Below are positions 50,846-63,484 of a stretch of DNA of 64,000 nucleotides, piece after piece. How positions within the stretch are numbered: the first letter of the stretch is position 1; each line of letters starts with the position of its first letter. The DNA is from Malacoraja senta (Eukaryota): the NCBI GenBank assembly GCA_038087875.1, contig CM075995.1:5520001-5584000 (forward strand), written 5' to 3'. The position numbers and the translations under genes are program-made. The notes under the pieces are model-generated. The model made no database searches. It saw only the letters and a list, made by a program, of their open reading frames with translations, and was not told the DNA's origin.

Positions 50846-51697
50846 TCTATATACTTTTTAAACTGTGTGTTTGTGTGTGTGGGTGTATGTCATTTTGATT
50901 TTGCCTTTGATTTTTTTGATTTTGCATTTGATTCGTTACTCCGCGAAAACCAATCGCAAAAACGCCGAGATTTTTAGCATTTCGCTAGCGATTTTACTTT
51001 TACATCGCACATCCACTCCTTGCTCAATTAATTCCCCAGATTTTGAGTTAAATTGATCACAAAACTCAAACAAGACTCAATTTTTAAAATCTAAACGGCT
51101 CTTACCAGCTGCTGACGTCACAATGCCCAAATGCCGACCAATCCAAGCTGCTTCTCTCTCTCTCTTCATTTGGCAGCCCAGCTCTCCTCCACTCCCCCCC
51201 CCCCCCCCCCCCGGCTTCAAGTACACTCGCACCATGCCTCCCCCATCTGGACTCCTACGCCCGCTCAAAACCCCCGCTCGCTCAGAGCCGCCCACGCGCT
51301 CAGCTGCTGCCCGGCTCTCCTCCACTTCCCTACCCCCCCGGCCCGACTCTGTCACGCTGGTGGAAGCCACAGATCGGCTGTTCCCCAGCTGCTTTTCGCC
51401 GTCCTCGCTGGCGGCCCGCAGGCTCACTCGGGATCACGCCCGCCCGCCCACTCCACCCTCCCCCCCTCCTCCCCCGTACTCGGGGTTTGAAGCGCCGAGG
51501 ATGCCCTACCCCTCTCCTCCCTCCCTTCTTAATATATCAATGGGGGTGGTTAGTGTGTGTGTGTGTGAGGGGTTGGTCGTGTGTGTGTGTGTGTCTGAGT
51601 GTGTGTGAGAGGTTGGTTAGTGTGTGTGACGCCTCAGGCCGCCCCCTCCCCTCGCAACCGCGCGTTGCGGGAACAGACGGGTCTGCACTTGGTCTAG
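50846..51697 (+). mobile_element. Complete non-autonomous Helitron
   Basis: A|TCTATATACTTTTTAAA 5' end; cagacgggtctgcacttggtCTAG|T 3' end matching the 14791 element. Confidence 0.75.
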
Positions 51698-51727
51698 TAT
51701 ATTACTAAAACTCTCATCTTGTTTGTT

Positions 51728-51808
<81 letters not shown>

Positions 51809-52475
51809 ATGTCTACCCATGTGATCCCGGAACTACGCCAAAACGGTACACGATAGCGCTACACTTTTTGGACCATCTTACTCACAATTATCCTGTGGTC
51901 TGGTGTATCAAGTTTTGTTTCAGATTGATGTTATAGTTTACAAGTTATTCACATTTTTAACTAAAAAAAACAGCGCCCCCACCACTTGCCCCGCCCCCAC
52001 TTGCCCTCCTTACTTGACTGGCGTCACAAAGGACACTCTACAGGAACTCAGCGCAGCCGTCGCACAATTTCAGACCACCATCTTTGTTTCCTCGCCTCAG
52101 GGATACAACGGCTCCACGGGTACGTTTCCTTCCATTTTACTGCTGCTCCGGGCCGCGGGGATCCAGGGCCTTGGTGCTGAGGCTGGGCGTGGATCTGCGG
52201 GCGGCGGCGCTGCTGCAGCTCCGGGCCCGCAATGAGGGAGAGGAGCGGGACCCTCGAGATCCTGGGGAGGTGAGGAGGGAGAGTGGGGGGATTGAGGGAG
52301 AGGGAGGGAGAGAGGTGAGGGAGGGAGTGGGGAGGGGAGGAGGAATATTGCCTTGGGGAACGGGTTGCTTTGGGGGACCAGGCCTCCCGTGGGGGCTATG
52401 GGTGAGTGGTGGTATATTGCGTTGGGGAACGGGTTGCGTTGGGGGATCAGGCCTCCCATGTGACACTTGATCTAA
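51698..52475 (+). mobile_element. Non-autonomous Helitron with (GT)n microsatellite near its 5' end
   Basis: tatattactaaaactctcatcttg start shared with 29296; subterminal ggaatattg...gggggacca motif; ends cacttgatCTAA|T. Confidence 0.7.
51732..51807. repeat. (TG)n microsatellite
   Basis: Pure TG run of ~76 bp. Confidence 0.98.
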
Positions 52476-52683
52476 TAAAACGTAAATGTCTACATCTTGT
52501 TTATGTCTGTTGAATCACATGACAAAACTATTAGCAGCAGCAATTGATTAAGTAGAAGCCAATCAATCTCTCATTGAACAAGTACAAACTAATTAATGTG
52601 CCATGATTTATTATTGCTTCACCAAAGCAATCATTCACAAACCAGCAAATAATATGAATCTGACCAAAAGGTCTCTCAAGCTG

Positions 52684-52877
52684 AAGATAGACACAAAATG
52701 CTGGAGTAACTCAGCGAGACATGTAGCATCTCTGGAGAGAAGGAATGGGTGACGTTTCGGTCAATTGAAACGTCACCCATTCCTTCTTTCCAGAGATGCT
52801 ACCTGTCCCGCTGAGTTACTCCAGCATTTTGTGTCTACCTTCGATTTAAACCAGCATCTGCAGTTCTTTCCTACACA
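52684..52877. mobile_element. Palindromic Penelope-derived insertion with 13-bp TSD
   Basis: gtctctcaagctg at 52671-52683 and 52878-52890. Confidence 0.85.
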
Positions 52878-53244
52878 GTCTCTCAAGCTGTATTATTAAT
52901 TCCTATGATTGGCCTTATGTCAATAACTACCACAAATATATCACTGCAAAGGATGGTGGGTGTATAGAACGAGCTGTCAGAGGAGGTAGTTGAGGCAGGG
53001 ACAATCCCAACGTTTAAGAACCAGTTAGACAGGTACATGGATAGGGCAGGTTTAGAGCGATATCAATCAAATGCAGGCAGGTGGGACTAGTGTAGATGGG
53101 ACATGTTGGCCAGTGTGGGAAAGTTGGGCCGAAGGGCCTGTTTCCATGTTGTAAGACTATGACTAATAATTAAACATGTTCATTAAAATATCTCAGGTCT
53201 TCCCCTTTCTCTGATACTGTGGATGGGAGTTAGATCTTTGAACC

Positions 53245-53695
53245 TACACCTGACTAAGATGGGTCTGTCATGTTGTTCGGATGGAAGACGAGTGTCTACC
53301 AAAGCAAACCTTCTACTCCCAGCTTAAAGAAGGCAAACGTTAAAGAGGCGGACAAAAGAAGAGATTCAAAGATGCCTTAAAAGCCAGCATGAAGAAATGT
53401 GAAATCGACATCGACAATTGGGAAACCAATGCCAAGGACAGGAAACTCTGGCGAACCATCATCCAAGAAGGAACAGCGACCTTTGAAGCCAAGAGATGCG
53501 CAGAATTAGAAGAAAAGAGAAGAAAACGGAAAGAGAGGCAGCAACAACCAAAGCCTGATCTGCCATCTGGAATTACCTGTCCTGAATGTCGAAGAACTTT
53601 CAAAGCCAAGATTGGACTCATAAGCCACCTGAGAGTCCATAAAAACAACAGAACGTACACCATCGTCCTCGACCTCGAGGCATAGTCACGACGAA
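53245..53695 (+). mobile_element. RTE-clade LINE 3' fragment with C-terminal C2H2 zinc finger
   Basis: LRWVCHVVRMEDECLPKQTFYSQLKEGKR*RGGQKKRFKDALK...WETNAKDRKLWR...CPECRRTFKAKIGLISHLRVH. Confidence 0.85.
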
Positions 53696-54537
53696 TTACA
53701 GCGTGAAAAGTTATGTCATTTTTTGCCAGCTGAACTATAACAACATTGCAGGAACCTCTACCACACGACAACCATACTGAAAGAGCAGCAACAACTAAAT
53801 CAGGAGGAATCGATGGAATTTGCTTTACTCATCCCATTTTGCTTTCAAAGTACAAAAACAATGAGATGTGTTGTGGAAAGGATGCTCGTGTTAGATGGGA
53901 TGATGAGGATGAGCTGCAATTCACTTCAGTTTAGTTAAATGTCACGTGTACCAAGGTACAGTGAAAAGCTTTTGTTGCGTGCTATCCAGTCAGCAGAAAG
54001 ACAATACATGATTAAAATCAAGCCATTTACAGCGCACAGATACATGATAAGGAAATAATGTTTAGTTCAAGGTAAAGCCAGTAAAGTCTGATCAAAGATA
54101 GTCCAAGTGTCACCAATGAGGTAGACAGTAGTTCAAGACTACTTTCTAGTTGTGATAGGATGATCCAGTTGCCTGATAACAGCTGGGAAGAAACCATCGT
54201 TTTTATCATTTAAAAATAAATTGGATAGTTATATGGACGGGAAAGGAATGGAGGGTTATGGTCTGAGCGCAGGTATATGGGACTAGAGGAGAATACGTGT
54301 TCGGCACAGACTAGAAGGATCGAGATGGCCTGTTTTCGTGCTGTAATTGTTATATGGTTATATGGTTATAATCCGGAGGTGTGCGTTTTCCCACTTCTAT
54401 ACCTTTTGCCTGATGGGTGAGGCAGCGTGAGGTGTAAATGGAGTCAATGAAAGGGAAGTTGGTTTGTGTGATGGAAGTGTGCATTGAAGCTGAATTTGAA
54501 TTCCAGTTTTGCTGTGGGCTGCATTTTGGAGTATTGT

Positions 54538-55168
54538 CATAGTCAGAGAGTCACACAGAATGAAAACAGGCCCGTTGGCTCAACTTGTTCAAGCGGACAA
54601 AATGCCCCATCTATTCACCGTTCTATTTGCCATGTTTGGCCCCTATCCCTCTAAGCCTTTCCTAGTTATGTACCTGTCAAAATGTATTTTAAATGTTGTT
54701 ATTGTACTCAACCACCTCTTCTGATGGATCGTTCTGTCTACCCATAACCACCTGTGAAAAATTTGCCCCTCAGGTTCCTATTAGATCTTTCCTGTCTCAC
54801 ATTAAACCTATGTCCTCCGGGTCTTGATTCCTCTACCCTGGGAAAAAAGGCAGTGCATTCACCCTATCTATAACCGCTCATGAATTTATACACCTCTATG
54901 AGATCTCCCCTCAGTCTTCTACACTCCAAGGAATAAAGGAATCGAGTCCTAGCCTGCCTAATCTCTCCCTATAAGCTCAGGCTCTCGAGTCGTTGCAACA
55001 TTCGTGTAAATCTATGCACCCTTTCCAACTTAATGACATCTCACCCTTCCCTATAGCAGGGGACCAACACTTAATACAATACCATATCACTGGCCACATA
55101 AAGGTCTTGTGCAACTATAACATACATCTCAACAGTTATACTCAATTCCCTGACCAATGAAGGCCGGG
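54538..55168 (-). mobile_element. Old CR1 3' fragment
   Basis: Similar to 17785-17970 and 19064-19310. Confidence 0.7.
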
Positions 55169-55231
55169 TTGGTAAAGGTCGATCTGTTTGCTATTGTAAC
55201 ATAGAAACACTGGTTTCTGTTTGGTATGGTA

Positions 55232-55560
55232 TAACATGTTCCCGATGTTGGGGGAGTCCAGAACCAGGGGCCACAGTTTAAGAATAAGGGGTAAGCCATT
55301 TAGAACGGAGACGATGAAACACTTTTTCTCACAGAGAGTGGTGAGTCTGTGGAATTCTCTGCCTCAGAGGGCGGTGGAGGCAGGTTCTCTGGATGCTTTC
55401 AAGAGAGAGCTAGATAGGGCTCTTAAAAATAGCGGAGTCAGGGGATATGGGGAGAAGGCAGGAACGGGGTACTAATTAGGGATGATCAGCCATGATCACA
55501 TGGAATGGCGGTGCTGGCTCGAAGAGCCGAATGGCCTATTCCTGCATATGTTGCCTATCT
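55232..55560 (+). mobile_element. CR1 3' fragment
   Basis: NMFPMLGESRTRGHSLRIRGKPFRTE...FFSQRVVSLWNSLP...GYGEKAGTGY*. Confidence 0.9.
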
Positions 55561-56996
55561 GATCTGATTGGATAGCATGGAAAACAAAGCTTTTCACTGT
55601 ACCTTGGTACATAAACGGTAATAAACCTAAACCTAAACTCCAAAGACGTAAAGGTTTGTAGGTAAATTGGCTTGGTGTAAAATGTAAAATTGTCGCTGGT
55701 GTGTGTGGGGTAGTGTGAATGAGCGGGGATCGCTGGTCGGCACGGACTCGGTGGACCGAAGGGCCTGTTTCCGCACTGTAGCTCTAAACTAGACTAAACA
55801 CTGTGGATTTAGTGGTGAGTGGGCTCTCCTTTCAAATCATTATAACAAATAGCAGCTTGAGCCAAGGACACAAGCCCCTCTGGGAGAAGTTATTGCAAGA
55901 AAATAAATGTCTTCTGTAACTTCATAAAATGACAGAATAAAACTACTACCTTTAAATAAACCATGTCAACAAATACATTTTACAATCTAAATAACTGAAC
56001 AGGTATTTTAAGAGGAAATGTTAATGGATATTATTTAGATGGACTGACTACCAGAGAGAATTCTATGAAATCCCCCAGAGCTTTGATAGTCAAAGTCAAA
56101 CTAAAGTAATCTGTTAAATTATTAACTTGAATAAGCAACAAGAAGACACTGTATGAGTAATGGGCACATAATTTATCTGGCAGTTTGGGACTAGATATGT
56201 CCTATGTGGCTCCATGTTAGACTTGCAACTACTTCACAGTACATAAAAGTAACTTGGATAATGAAATGGAGAACCACATCTCCAAGTCTGTCAATGATGA
56301 GCGATGCGCAAGAAAGAACTGCAGATGCTGGTTTAAATCGAAGGTAGACACCAAATGCTGGAGTAACTCAACGGGTCAGGCAGCATCTCTGGAGAGAAGG
56401 ATTGGGTGACGTTTTCGGGTCGAGACACTTCTTCAGAATGAAGCGATGTCGGCCACGAAGGCAGGCACATGGAGTCGGGGCATAGATCAGCTACTGTTTC
56501 ATTGAATAGTGGTCAGGCTTGGATGATTACACAGCTTACACCTGTTCACAAGAGTCATACAGCACGTAAACAGGCCCTTTGGCCCAACTTGCCCATACCG
56601 GCCAAGATGCCCCATCTACACTAGTCCCATTTAGCTACATTTGGCCAATATCCCTCTGAACCTTTCTTATCCAACTAGAGAGCAGTCCTGAACTACTAAC
56701 TACCTCATTGGTGACCCATGGACTATCCTTGATCGGATTCTGCTGGCTTTAACTTGTACTAAATGTTATTCCCTCATCCTGTATCTGTACACAGTAAATA
56801 TCTCGATTGTAATCATTTATATTGTCTTTCTGCTGATTAGATAGCTCGCAACAAAAGCTTTTCACTGTACCTCGGTATACGTGACAACAAACTAAACTGA
56901 TAACTGATAACTTTTAAAAGTTGTTATGGTACCTGCCTCAACTACCTCCCACCTGTTGCTATTTATCTCAATCTAAAGTGAAGTCCCTACACAAAT

Positions 56997-57285
56997 GGGC
57001 GGCACAGTGGCGCAGTGGTAGAGTTGCTGCCTTACAGTGGCAGAGACCCAGGTTCGATCCTGACTATGGGTGCTGCATGTACGGAGTATGTACATTCTTC
57101 CTATGACCGTGTGGGTTTTCTCCGGTTACTCTAGTTTCCTCCAAAGACGTACAGGTTTGTAGGTTAATTAGCTTTGGTAAAAAAAAATTGTAAATTGTCC
57201 CTATTGTGTTGGATAGTGCTAGTGGTCGGCGCAGACTCGGTGGGCCGAAGGGCCTGTTTCCACGCTATATCTCTAAAGTCTAAAA
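56997..57285 (+). mobile_element. Full-length HE1/V-SINE-like tRNA SINE
   Basis: A box tggcgcagtgg, B box ggttcgatcc, central domain, gggccgaagggcctgtttcc CR1-type tail. Confidence 0.88.
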
Positions 57286-57526
57286 TGGTCAAGAGCCACC
57301 TGCAAGCAAAGAACTTTTCAGTGTTGGAGAGATATTAATGCGGAGGTTAAGCAATGAGGCCGGATCCTCTTTATTTGTCAAATGGTCTCTGAATATTAGA
57401 GAATGATGTTTTGATTGGTGGGAAGCAAAACAAGGCATGTAATCTGAAAACGGAAGTGAAGGGATTCAGAAGTAAAATCAGAAATGCCCTGTGATAAAGG
57501 ATGGTTCAAGTCTGGAACTTATTACA

Positions 57527-57912
57527 CAAATCAAGGACCAGTCTCACCCTGGTCAGTCACTCCCTCTTCTCCCCTCTCCCATCAGGCAAGAGGTACAGAA
57601 GCTTGAAAACACACACCTCCAGATTCAGGGACAGTTTCTTCCCAGCTGTTATCAGGCAACTGAACTATCCTACTACAACTAGAGAGCAGTCCTGAACTAC
57701 TTTCTAACAGAACTCATCGGAGATCCTCAGACTATCTTTGATCGGACTTTACTGGCTTTACCTTGCACTAACCGTTATTTCCTTTATCATTTATCTGTAC
57801 ACTGTGAATGACTCAATTGTAATCAAGTACTGTCTTTCTGCTGACTGGTTAGCACGTAACAAAAGCTTTTCACTGTACCTCGGTAGGTACACGTGACAAT
57901 AAACTAAACTCA
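57527..57912 (+). mobile_element. Rex1/Babar-type LINE 3' end
   Basis: SLFSPLPSGKRYRSLKTHTSRFRDSFFPAVIRQLN then 3' UTR ending gtgacaataaactaaact; related tails at 34050, 53930, 56680, 58790. Confidence 0.75.
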
Positions 57913-59287
57913 AAATGTTGTCTGCATTCTTTCCAGCTTAAAACTCTAAGGAACCATCGAGTCTCCAAAATCAGGATGCATTTATTTTAAATTGCTGGAA
58001 AGTGACTGAAGTTGTAAATAATTCGCAAACATAACGTGGGATTGAACTTCAAATTGGTTGCTGTGATTCATATGCACGTTAATATTATTAATACAGTGCC
58101 AATTGTGAGGGTACTCTCAGTCCAGATGTTCCACCATCTCTTTTGAATGACCCAGTCCTTCTCCATTATGATTTACCAAGACATCTCATTCCACAATTCA
58201 ACACTGCAGGCCATTTGCTAGGAGTGGGTGAAAGGAACTTCACTGGAAATAAGCTCAAATATATTTTGGCTCACACAGAGACAGATTCATGGCCTGAATG
58301 ATCAAGTTGAGCAAAAATAACGCTGGTCAGCCAGCAAATATATCACTTGACTATGCTCAAAGAGAAAGGTACTTTGGAAAGTGTCCACAAAATTACATTA
58401 GTCAGGAAACACAATGGAATTCTCGTCAAAAAAATTAGAGGCACAAAATCACCTCTGGATCATGAACAGGACGTTGAGGAAAAATTTAAGTGAGAGTTTT
58501 GCTTAAATCTTTACATTAGAGCACATTGCTCAATTAGTGGCAAATGCAAAGCATAACATGGCAATGTTCAATTTAGATGATTCTCTATGCTGGCAATAAC
58601 CTGACAATAATTTGTCCCTTATTGGGACAAATAGCTTGCTCCAGTATAGCAAATCTATGCATGGTGATGGCACAATGTTTAAGATTACCAACTAGTAATC
58701 TCGAGATCTGAATTCAAATCCCACCATTCCAGTTGAACCATCTTTAATCGGACCCATCCTTTTTCACTACCTGATCCACTGAGTTACTCCAGCATTTTAT
58801 GTCTATCTTCAGTATATACCAACATTTGCAATTCCTTTATACATATCTTTAATCAGATTTTACTGGACTTTCTCTTGTCCTAAACAATATTCCATTTCTC
58901 CTGTATCTGTACACTGAGGATGGCTTGATTGTAATCATATATAGTCTTCTCGTTGATTAGCTAGCATGCAACAAAAAGCTCTTCTCTGTGACAATAATAA
59001 CAATAAACTAAATTTAAATTTGCTTGAATAAGCAGGAATTAAAAACAAAATGATTAGTGGTAACGATGACCACAAAACTGGGAAATTATTATTTAAATTT
59101 CATCTGGTAAAGATCTGCCATCCTGACCCAGTCCGGCTGATATATGACTCCAGACCAAAGAATAGGGCTGACTCCTATATACCCTCTAAAATGGCAGAGA
59201 AAACCACGCAGATCAAGGGCAATTAAGGATAGGCAATAAATATCCACAGATAAACACATAATGTTGGAATAACTCACCGGGTCAGGT

Positions 59288-60196
59288 AGCATCTCTGGAG
59301 AAAATAGATCGGGACCTTTCTTTCAAGGGGGGGCGGAGTGGTAACTGGAAATAAGATCAGTTCCTTGCTTCCAGTTCACCTCCCCCATCCCCCCCCCACA
59401 CACGCACGCAATCAGTCTGAAGAAGGGTCCCAACCCAAAACATCACCTATCCATGTTCTCCAGAGATGCTGCCTGACCCGCTGAGTTACTCAAGCATTTT
59501 GTGTCTCTCTTTGGTATAAACCAGCATCTGCAGGTCCTTTTTGTTACATATAATAAATATACACATTGCCAGTCCCCAAACAAATAAGAAAAGCAATAAT
59601 AGCACATATAACCCACTGTGCTATGTATCATTTTATTCTGAGGCTGTGCCCTCTAGGCCTGGAATCTCCCATTAGTGGAAACATCCACTCTATCCAAGCC
59701 TTACATTAATTGGTAACTTTCAATGAGACCTTCTCCAACACCAGCACATCCCTGTGTCACTTTGCCACATTGCTGATTGGATGGCACGCATGCTGACTGG
59801 ATTGCACGCAGCAAAAACTTTTCACTGTACCTCGGTACACGTGACAATAAACTAAACTAAACCCTCCTCAGATAAGGGTCCCAAAACTGCTCACAGTACT
59901 TCAAATGAGGGCTGACCAGTGCCTTTCAAAGCTTCAGCATTTTTGTTCTAGTTCTCGCGAAATGGATTCGACCAAAGTAGCCACAAAATGCTGGAGTAAC
60001 TCAGCGGGTCAGGCAGCATCTCTGGACAACATGGATAGGTGATGTTTTGGGTTGGGACCCTTCTTCAGACTGATTGCGTGTGTGTGTGGGGGGGGATGGG
60101 GGAGGTGAACTGGAAGCAAGGAACTGATCTTATTTCCAGTTACCACTCCGCCCCCCCTTGAAAGAAAGGTCCCGATCTATTTTCTCCAGAGATGCT
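59288..60196. repeat. ~215-bp near-perfect inverted repeat (59288-59503 and 59982-60196)
   Basis: Arms are reverse complements including a distinctive middle segment; ~480-bp spacer. Confidence 0.9.
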
Positions 60197-60232
60197 GACA
60201 CGGGACAGGCAGCATCTCTGGAGATAAGGAAT

Positions 60233-60268
60233 GGGTGACGTTTCGGGTCGAGACCCTTCTTCAGACTG
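60233..60268 (-). ncRNA. Minimal type I hammerhead ribozyme-like motif in a Penelope pseudo-LTR (best-preserved copy)
   Basis: Minus strand cagt-CTGAAGA-a-GGGTC-tc-GACCC-GAAA-CGTC-accc. Confidence 0.6.
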
Positions 60269-60451
60269 ATGTGAGGGGAGTGGGCGGGACAAAGATAGAA
60301 TGTAGTCGGAGACAGTATGTGGTGGGAGAACTGGGAAGGGGAAGGGATAGAGAGGGAAAGCAAGGGCTATTTGAAGTAGCATTGGGTAAGAAATCAGCCC
60401 TGATCTAAATTGATGGTCAAATGACTTTCACCTGCTTCTATATCTTATGTA

Positions 60452-60673
60452 TAGGAAGGAACTGTAGATGCTGGTTTAAACCGAAGATAGACACAAAATG
60501 CTGGAGTAACTCAGTAGGACGGGCAGCATCTCTGGAGAGAAGGAATGGATAACGTTTCGGGTCAAGACTCTTCTTCAGACTGACGAAGGGTCTCAACATG
60601 AAACGTACCCATTCCTTCTCTCCAGAGATGCTGCCTGTCCCATTAAGTTACTCCAGCATTTTGTGTCTATCTG
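60452..60673. mobile_element. Palindromic Penelope-derived insertion with 11-bp TSD
   Basis: Centre ttcagactgac; tatcttatgta at 60441-60451 and 60674-60684. Confidence 0.85.
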
Positions 60674-62211
60674 TATCTTATGTACTTAGGTCCTCTCTTT
60701 AGAGGTATAATGTCATGAAGGGCATATCATTTTCATTTTGGCTATATTACTGCATCTCACTGAAAGCACCCACTATGAAAAGCTTTGTTTTGCATGCTCG
60801 GCAAACAGATCATATATACCACACAATCATTTACAACTCAAGTACAATAGATAGAGCAACGGGAAAGCCACAGAATTCAGAATTTAGTCTCAGCATTGTA
60901 GCGCAACGGGTCCACAGACAGAGTCCAATATCCGCAATGGGGTAGAGGTGTATCGACCATTACCCCAGCTTATGGAAGGACCGTTCAGAAGCCTGATAAC
61001 AGTAGGGAGGAAGCTGTTCCTGAGGCTGGTGCTGTGCGCTTTCAAGCTCCTATACTTTCTGCCGGATGGGAGAAGGGAAAAGAAGGAATAAGCAGGGTGG
61101 AACGAGTCTTTGATTATGTTGACAGCTTTTCGGAGGCAGCGTGAAGTGAAGGTACGTACAGTGACACGCTTACCAGGAACAAGTAATTTTTCTCATTATT
61201 TCCGAATGTCTACTGATGTGCATTGTACGACTGATTCCTCGCTCAATCTTCAGTATATTTTCTCCCAGTTGAGTTCCCTGATGTGACCCAAAGATCAGTA
61301 CTTTTAATTTAATGCCGCTCCAGGGAGCCGATTATCAACCACGCATCAGCCACCAAACAGCTAGCTGTAATCACTACATCAAAATCACATCTTAAAATGA
61401 TGTGGCACATATAAAATATCCTAAACTGCTTTATAAGTGCAATGCAAGGCTGAGCTTGTCTCCAAAACCCATTAAGTAGGTGGCAGAAATAAAAAAAGAG
61501 AAAATGCAGGAAACATTAAGCAGGTCAGGTAGCATGTGTGGAAAGAGAAAGTGAATTAATCTTTCCAATAAAGGCTCTCAAGCCTGAAATGTTAACCCTG
61601 TTTCTCTTTCACAGAATCTGTCTCACTTGGGTGTTTCAAGCATTTTTCATTATTACTTCAGATTTTTACGGCATCTGCAATTTTTTGATTCTAACAAGCA
61701 GATAGCAGAACAGTGGATTACAGATGATAAGGAGTGTTGTATAGAAGTCAGAAGAGATTTATTTTTTTCCCCCAGAGCTTAGGGCTATAGACATCACTGG
61801 TAGGTTTAGCAAAATTCAGGAATTAGAAATGAGATTTGGAACACTGCAGAATGTGACAGGACTTCATGGCTACAGGAGGTAGAGTGAGATGAAGCATGGG
61901 AAGAATTAAAGACTAGATGAGGCCTTTTAAATCACATTCCTTTTGGTTCCATAAGTATCTGTCACCCAAGCAACACAGGCACAATCAAGTTCCTGTCATT
62001 GTTAAAAATACCATTGAAAAGGAAAGGGCAATCAACCAGGAGTGACAGGCAGATTTGAGTGCATAAGTAAAGATGCCTTGCTACAATTATTCAGGATTTT
62101 TTTGTGAGTATGATATATACAATTTTGGGCTCTTTACCTAAGAAGGAATATACTTGGTATTGAGGGAGAGCAGCAAAAATTCACAAGACTGGTTAATGGC
62201 AGGACTCATAG

Positions 62212-62548
62212 GCTCATAAATGATAGGAGCAGAATTAGGCCATTTGGCCCATCGTCTACTCTGCCATTCAATCTTGTCTGATCTATCTTTCCCACTGAAC
62301 TGCATTCTCCTGCCTTCTCCCCGTAACCCCTGACACCCGTATTAAACAAGAATCGGACTCACCGCCTTAATAATATCCATTGACTTGGCCTCCACAGCCT
62401 TCTGTGGCAATGAATTCCCCAGATTCACCACCCCCTGTCGAAAGAAATTCACCCTCATCTTCCTTCTAAAGGTTTGTCCTTTTATTCTCAGGCCATGGCC
62501 TCTGGTCCTAGACTCTCCCACTAGTGGGAACATCCTCTCCACATCCAG
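62212..62548 (-). mobile_element. CR1 3' fragment
   Basis: DVERMFPLVGESRTRGHGLRIKG...FFRQGVVNLGNSLPQKAVEA. Confidence 0.8.
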
Positions 62549-63484
62549 AAGATGAGAGATCAAGTAGGTTAGGCCCTTGTTCTCATAGAGATAACTGCAT
62601 TAAAATGCACAAAATTAGTTTAATTTAGATATACAGCACGGAAACAGGCCTTTCTGCCACCGAGGCCATGCCAACCATCACCCATTCACACTAGTTCTAT
62701 GTTACCCCACTCTCTATACACTAGGGGCAATTTACAGAGGCCACAAACCCCCTATTTCATCTCCCGCGCCCATCCTCAGTGCCCCAGCTGGACTCCCACC
62801 TATGTTTCCCCTCTCCTCATCTCATCCTGCTACTTTCCTCCCTCTAGCTTCACAATTTTGCAACCTTGTCTCGCACCTTCTGCTTTTATTTCTGGCCTTT
62901 GTTCCAACCATCTGCCTATCCAAAACACCCCTCGCCTGCGTCCACTAATTACCTGCCACGCTTTGTCCTGCCACTCCTCTCTTCAACCTTTCTTCTCCCC
63001 CCCCCCCCTCACAAACAGTGTGAAGAAGGGGCTCAACCCGAAATGTCAATGTTCCCCAGAGCTACTGCCTGATACCCTGAGTTACTCCAGCACTTTGTGG
63101 CTATCTTTGGTATAAACCAGCATCTACCGTTCTTTGTTTCTACAACCTGCAAGCCCGCAAGCCTTTATGTGGAAGGAAATCAAACCTACGCGCTCACTGG
63201 GTGAACATACAAACTCTATGCAGGCAGCACCCGAGTTCAGGATCGAAACTGGGCCTCTGGTCCCAGCAAGCAGTACCAGCTGCACCACGGTGCTGTTTTT
63301 AGGAGGCTTGGCAGACCAACAACAAGGCGCGCATTTCTAAAGGCCATCAAGTCCAGAAGTAGGGAGCAACTCTCAAAATGGGGTGGGGGTGAGGGGGCCT
63401 GGGTGAAATAAGGAGGCAATTCTTCACTCAAAATGTGTTAATCTTTGGACCTTGACCACAGGGAGTTGTGCATTAGGACGTTCT

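Noticed and set aside
53389..53685. Host C2H2 zinc-finger gene
   Set aside because: Continuous with RTE LINE C-terminal motifs and has an upstream in-frame stop.
56997..57070. tRNA gene
   Set aside because: A and B boxes belong to a multi-copy SINE head.
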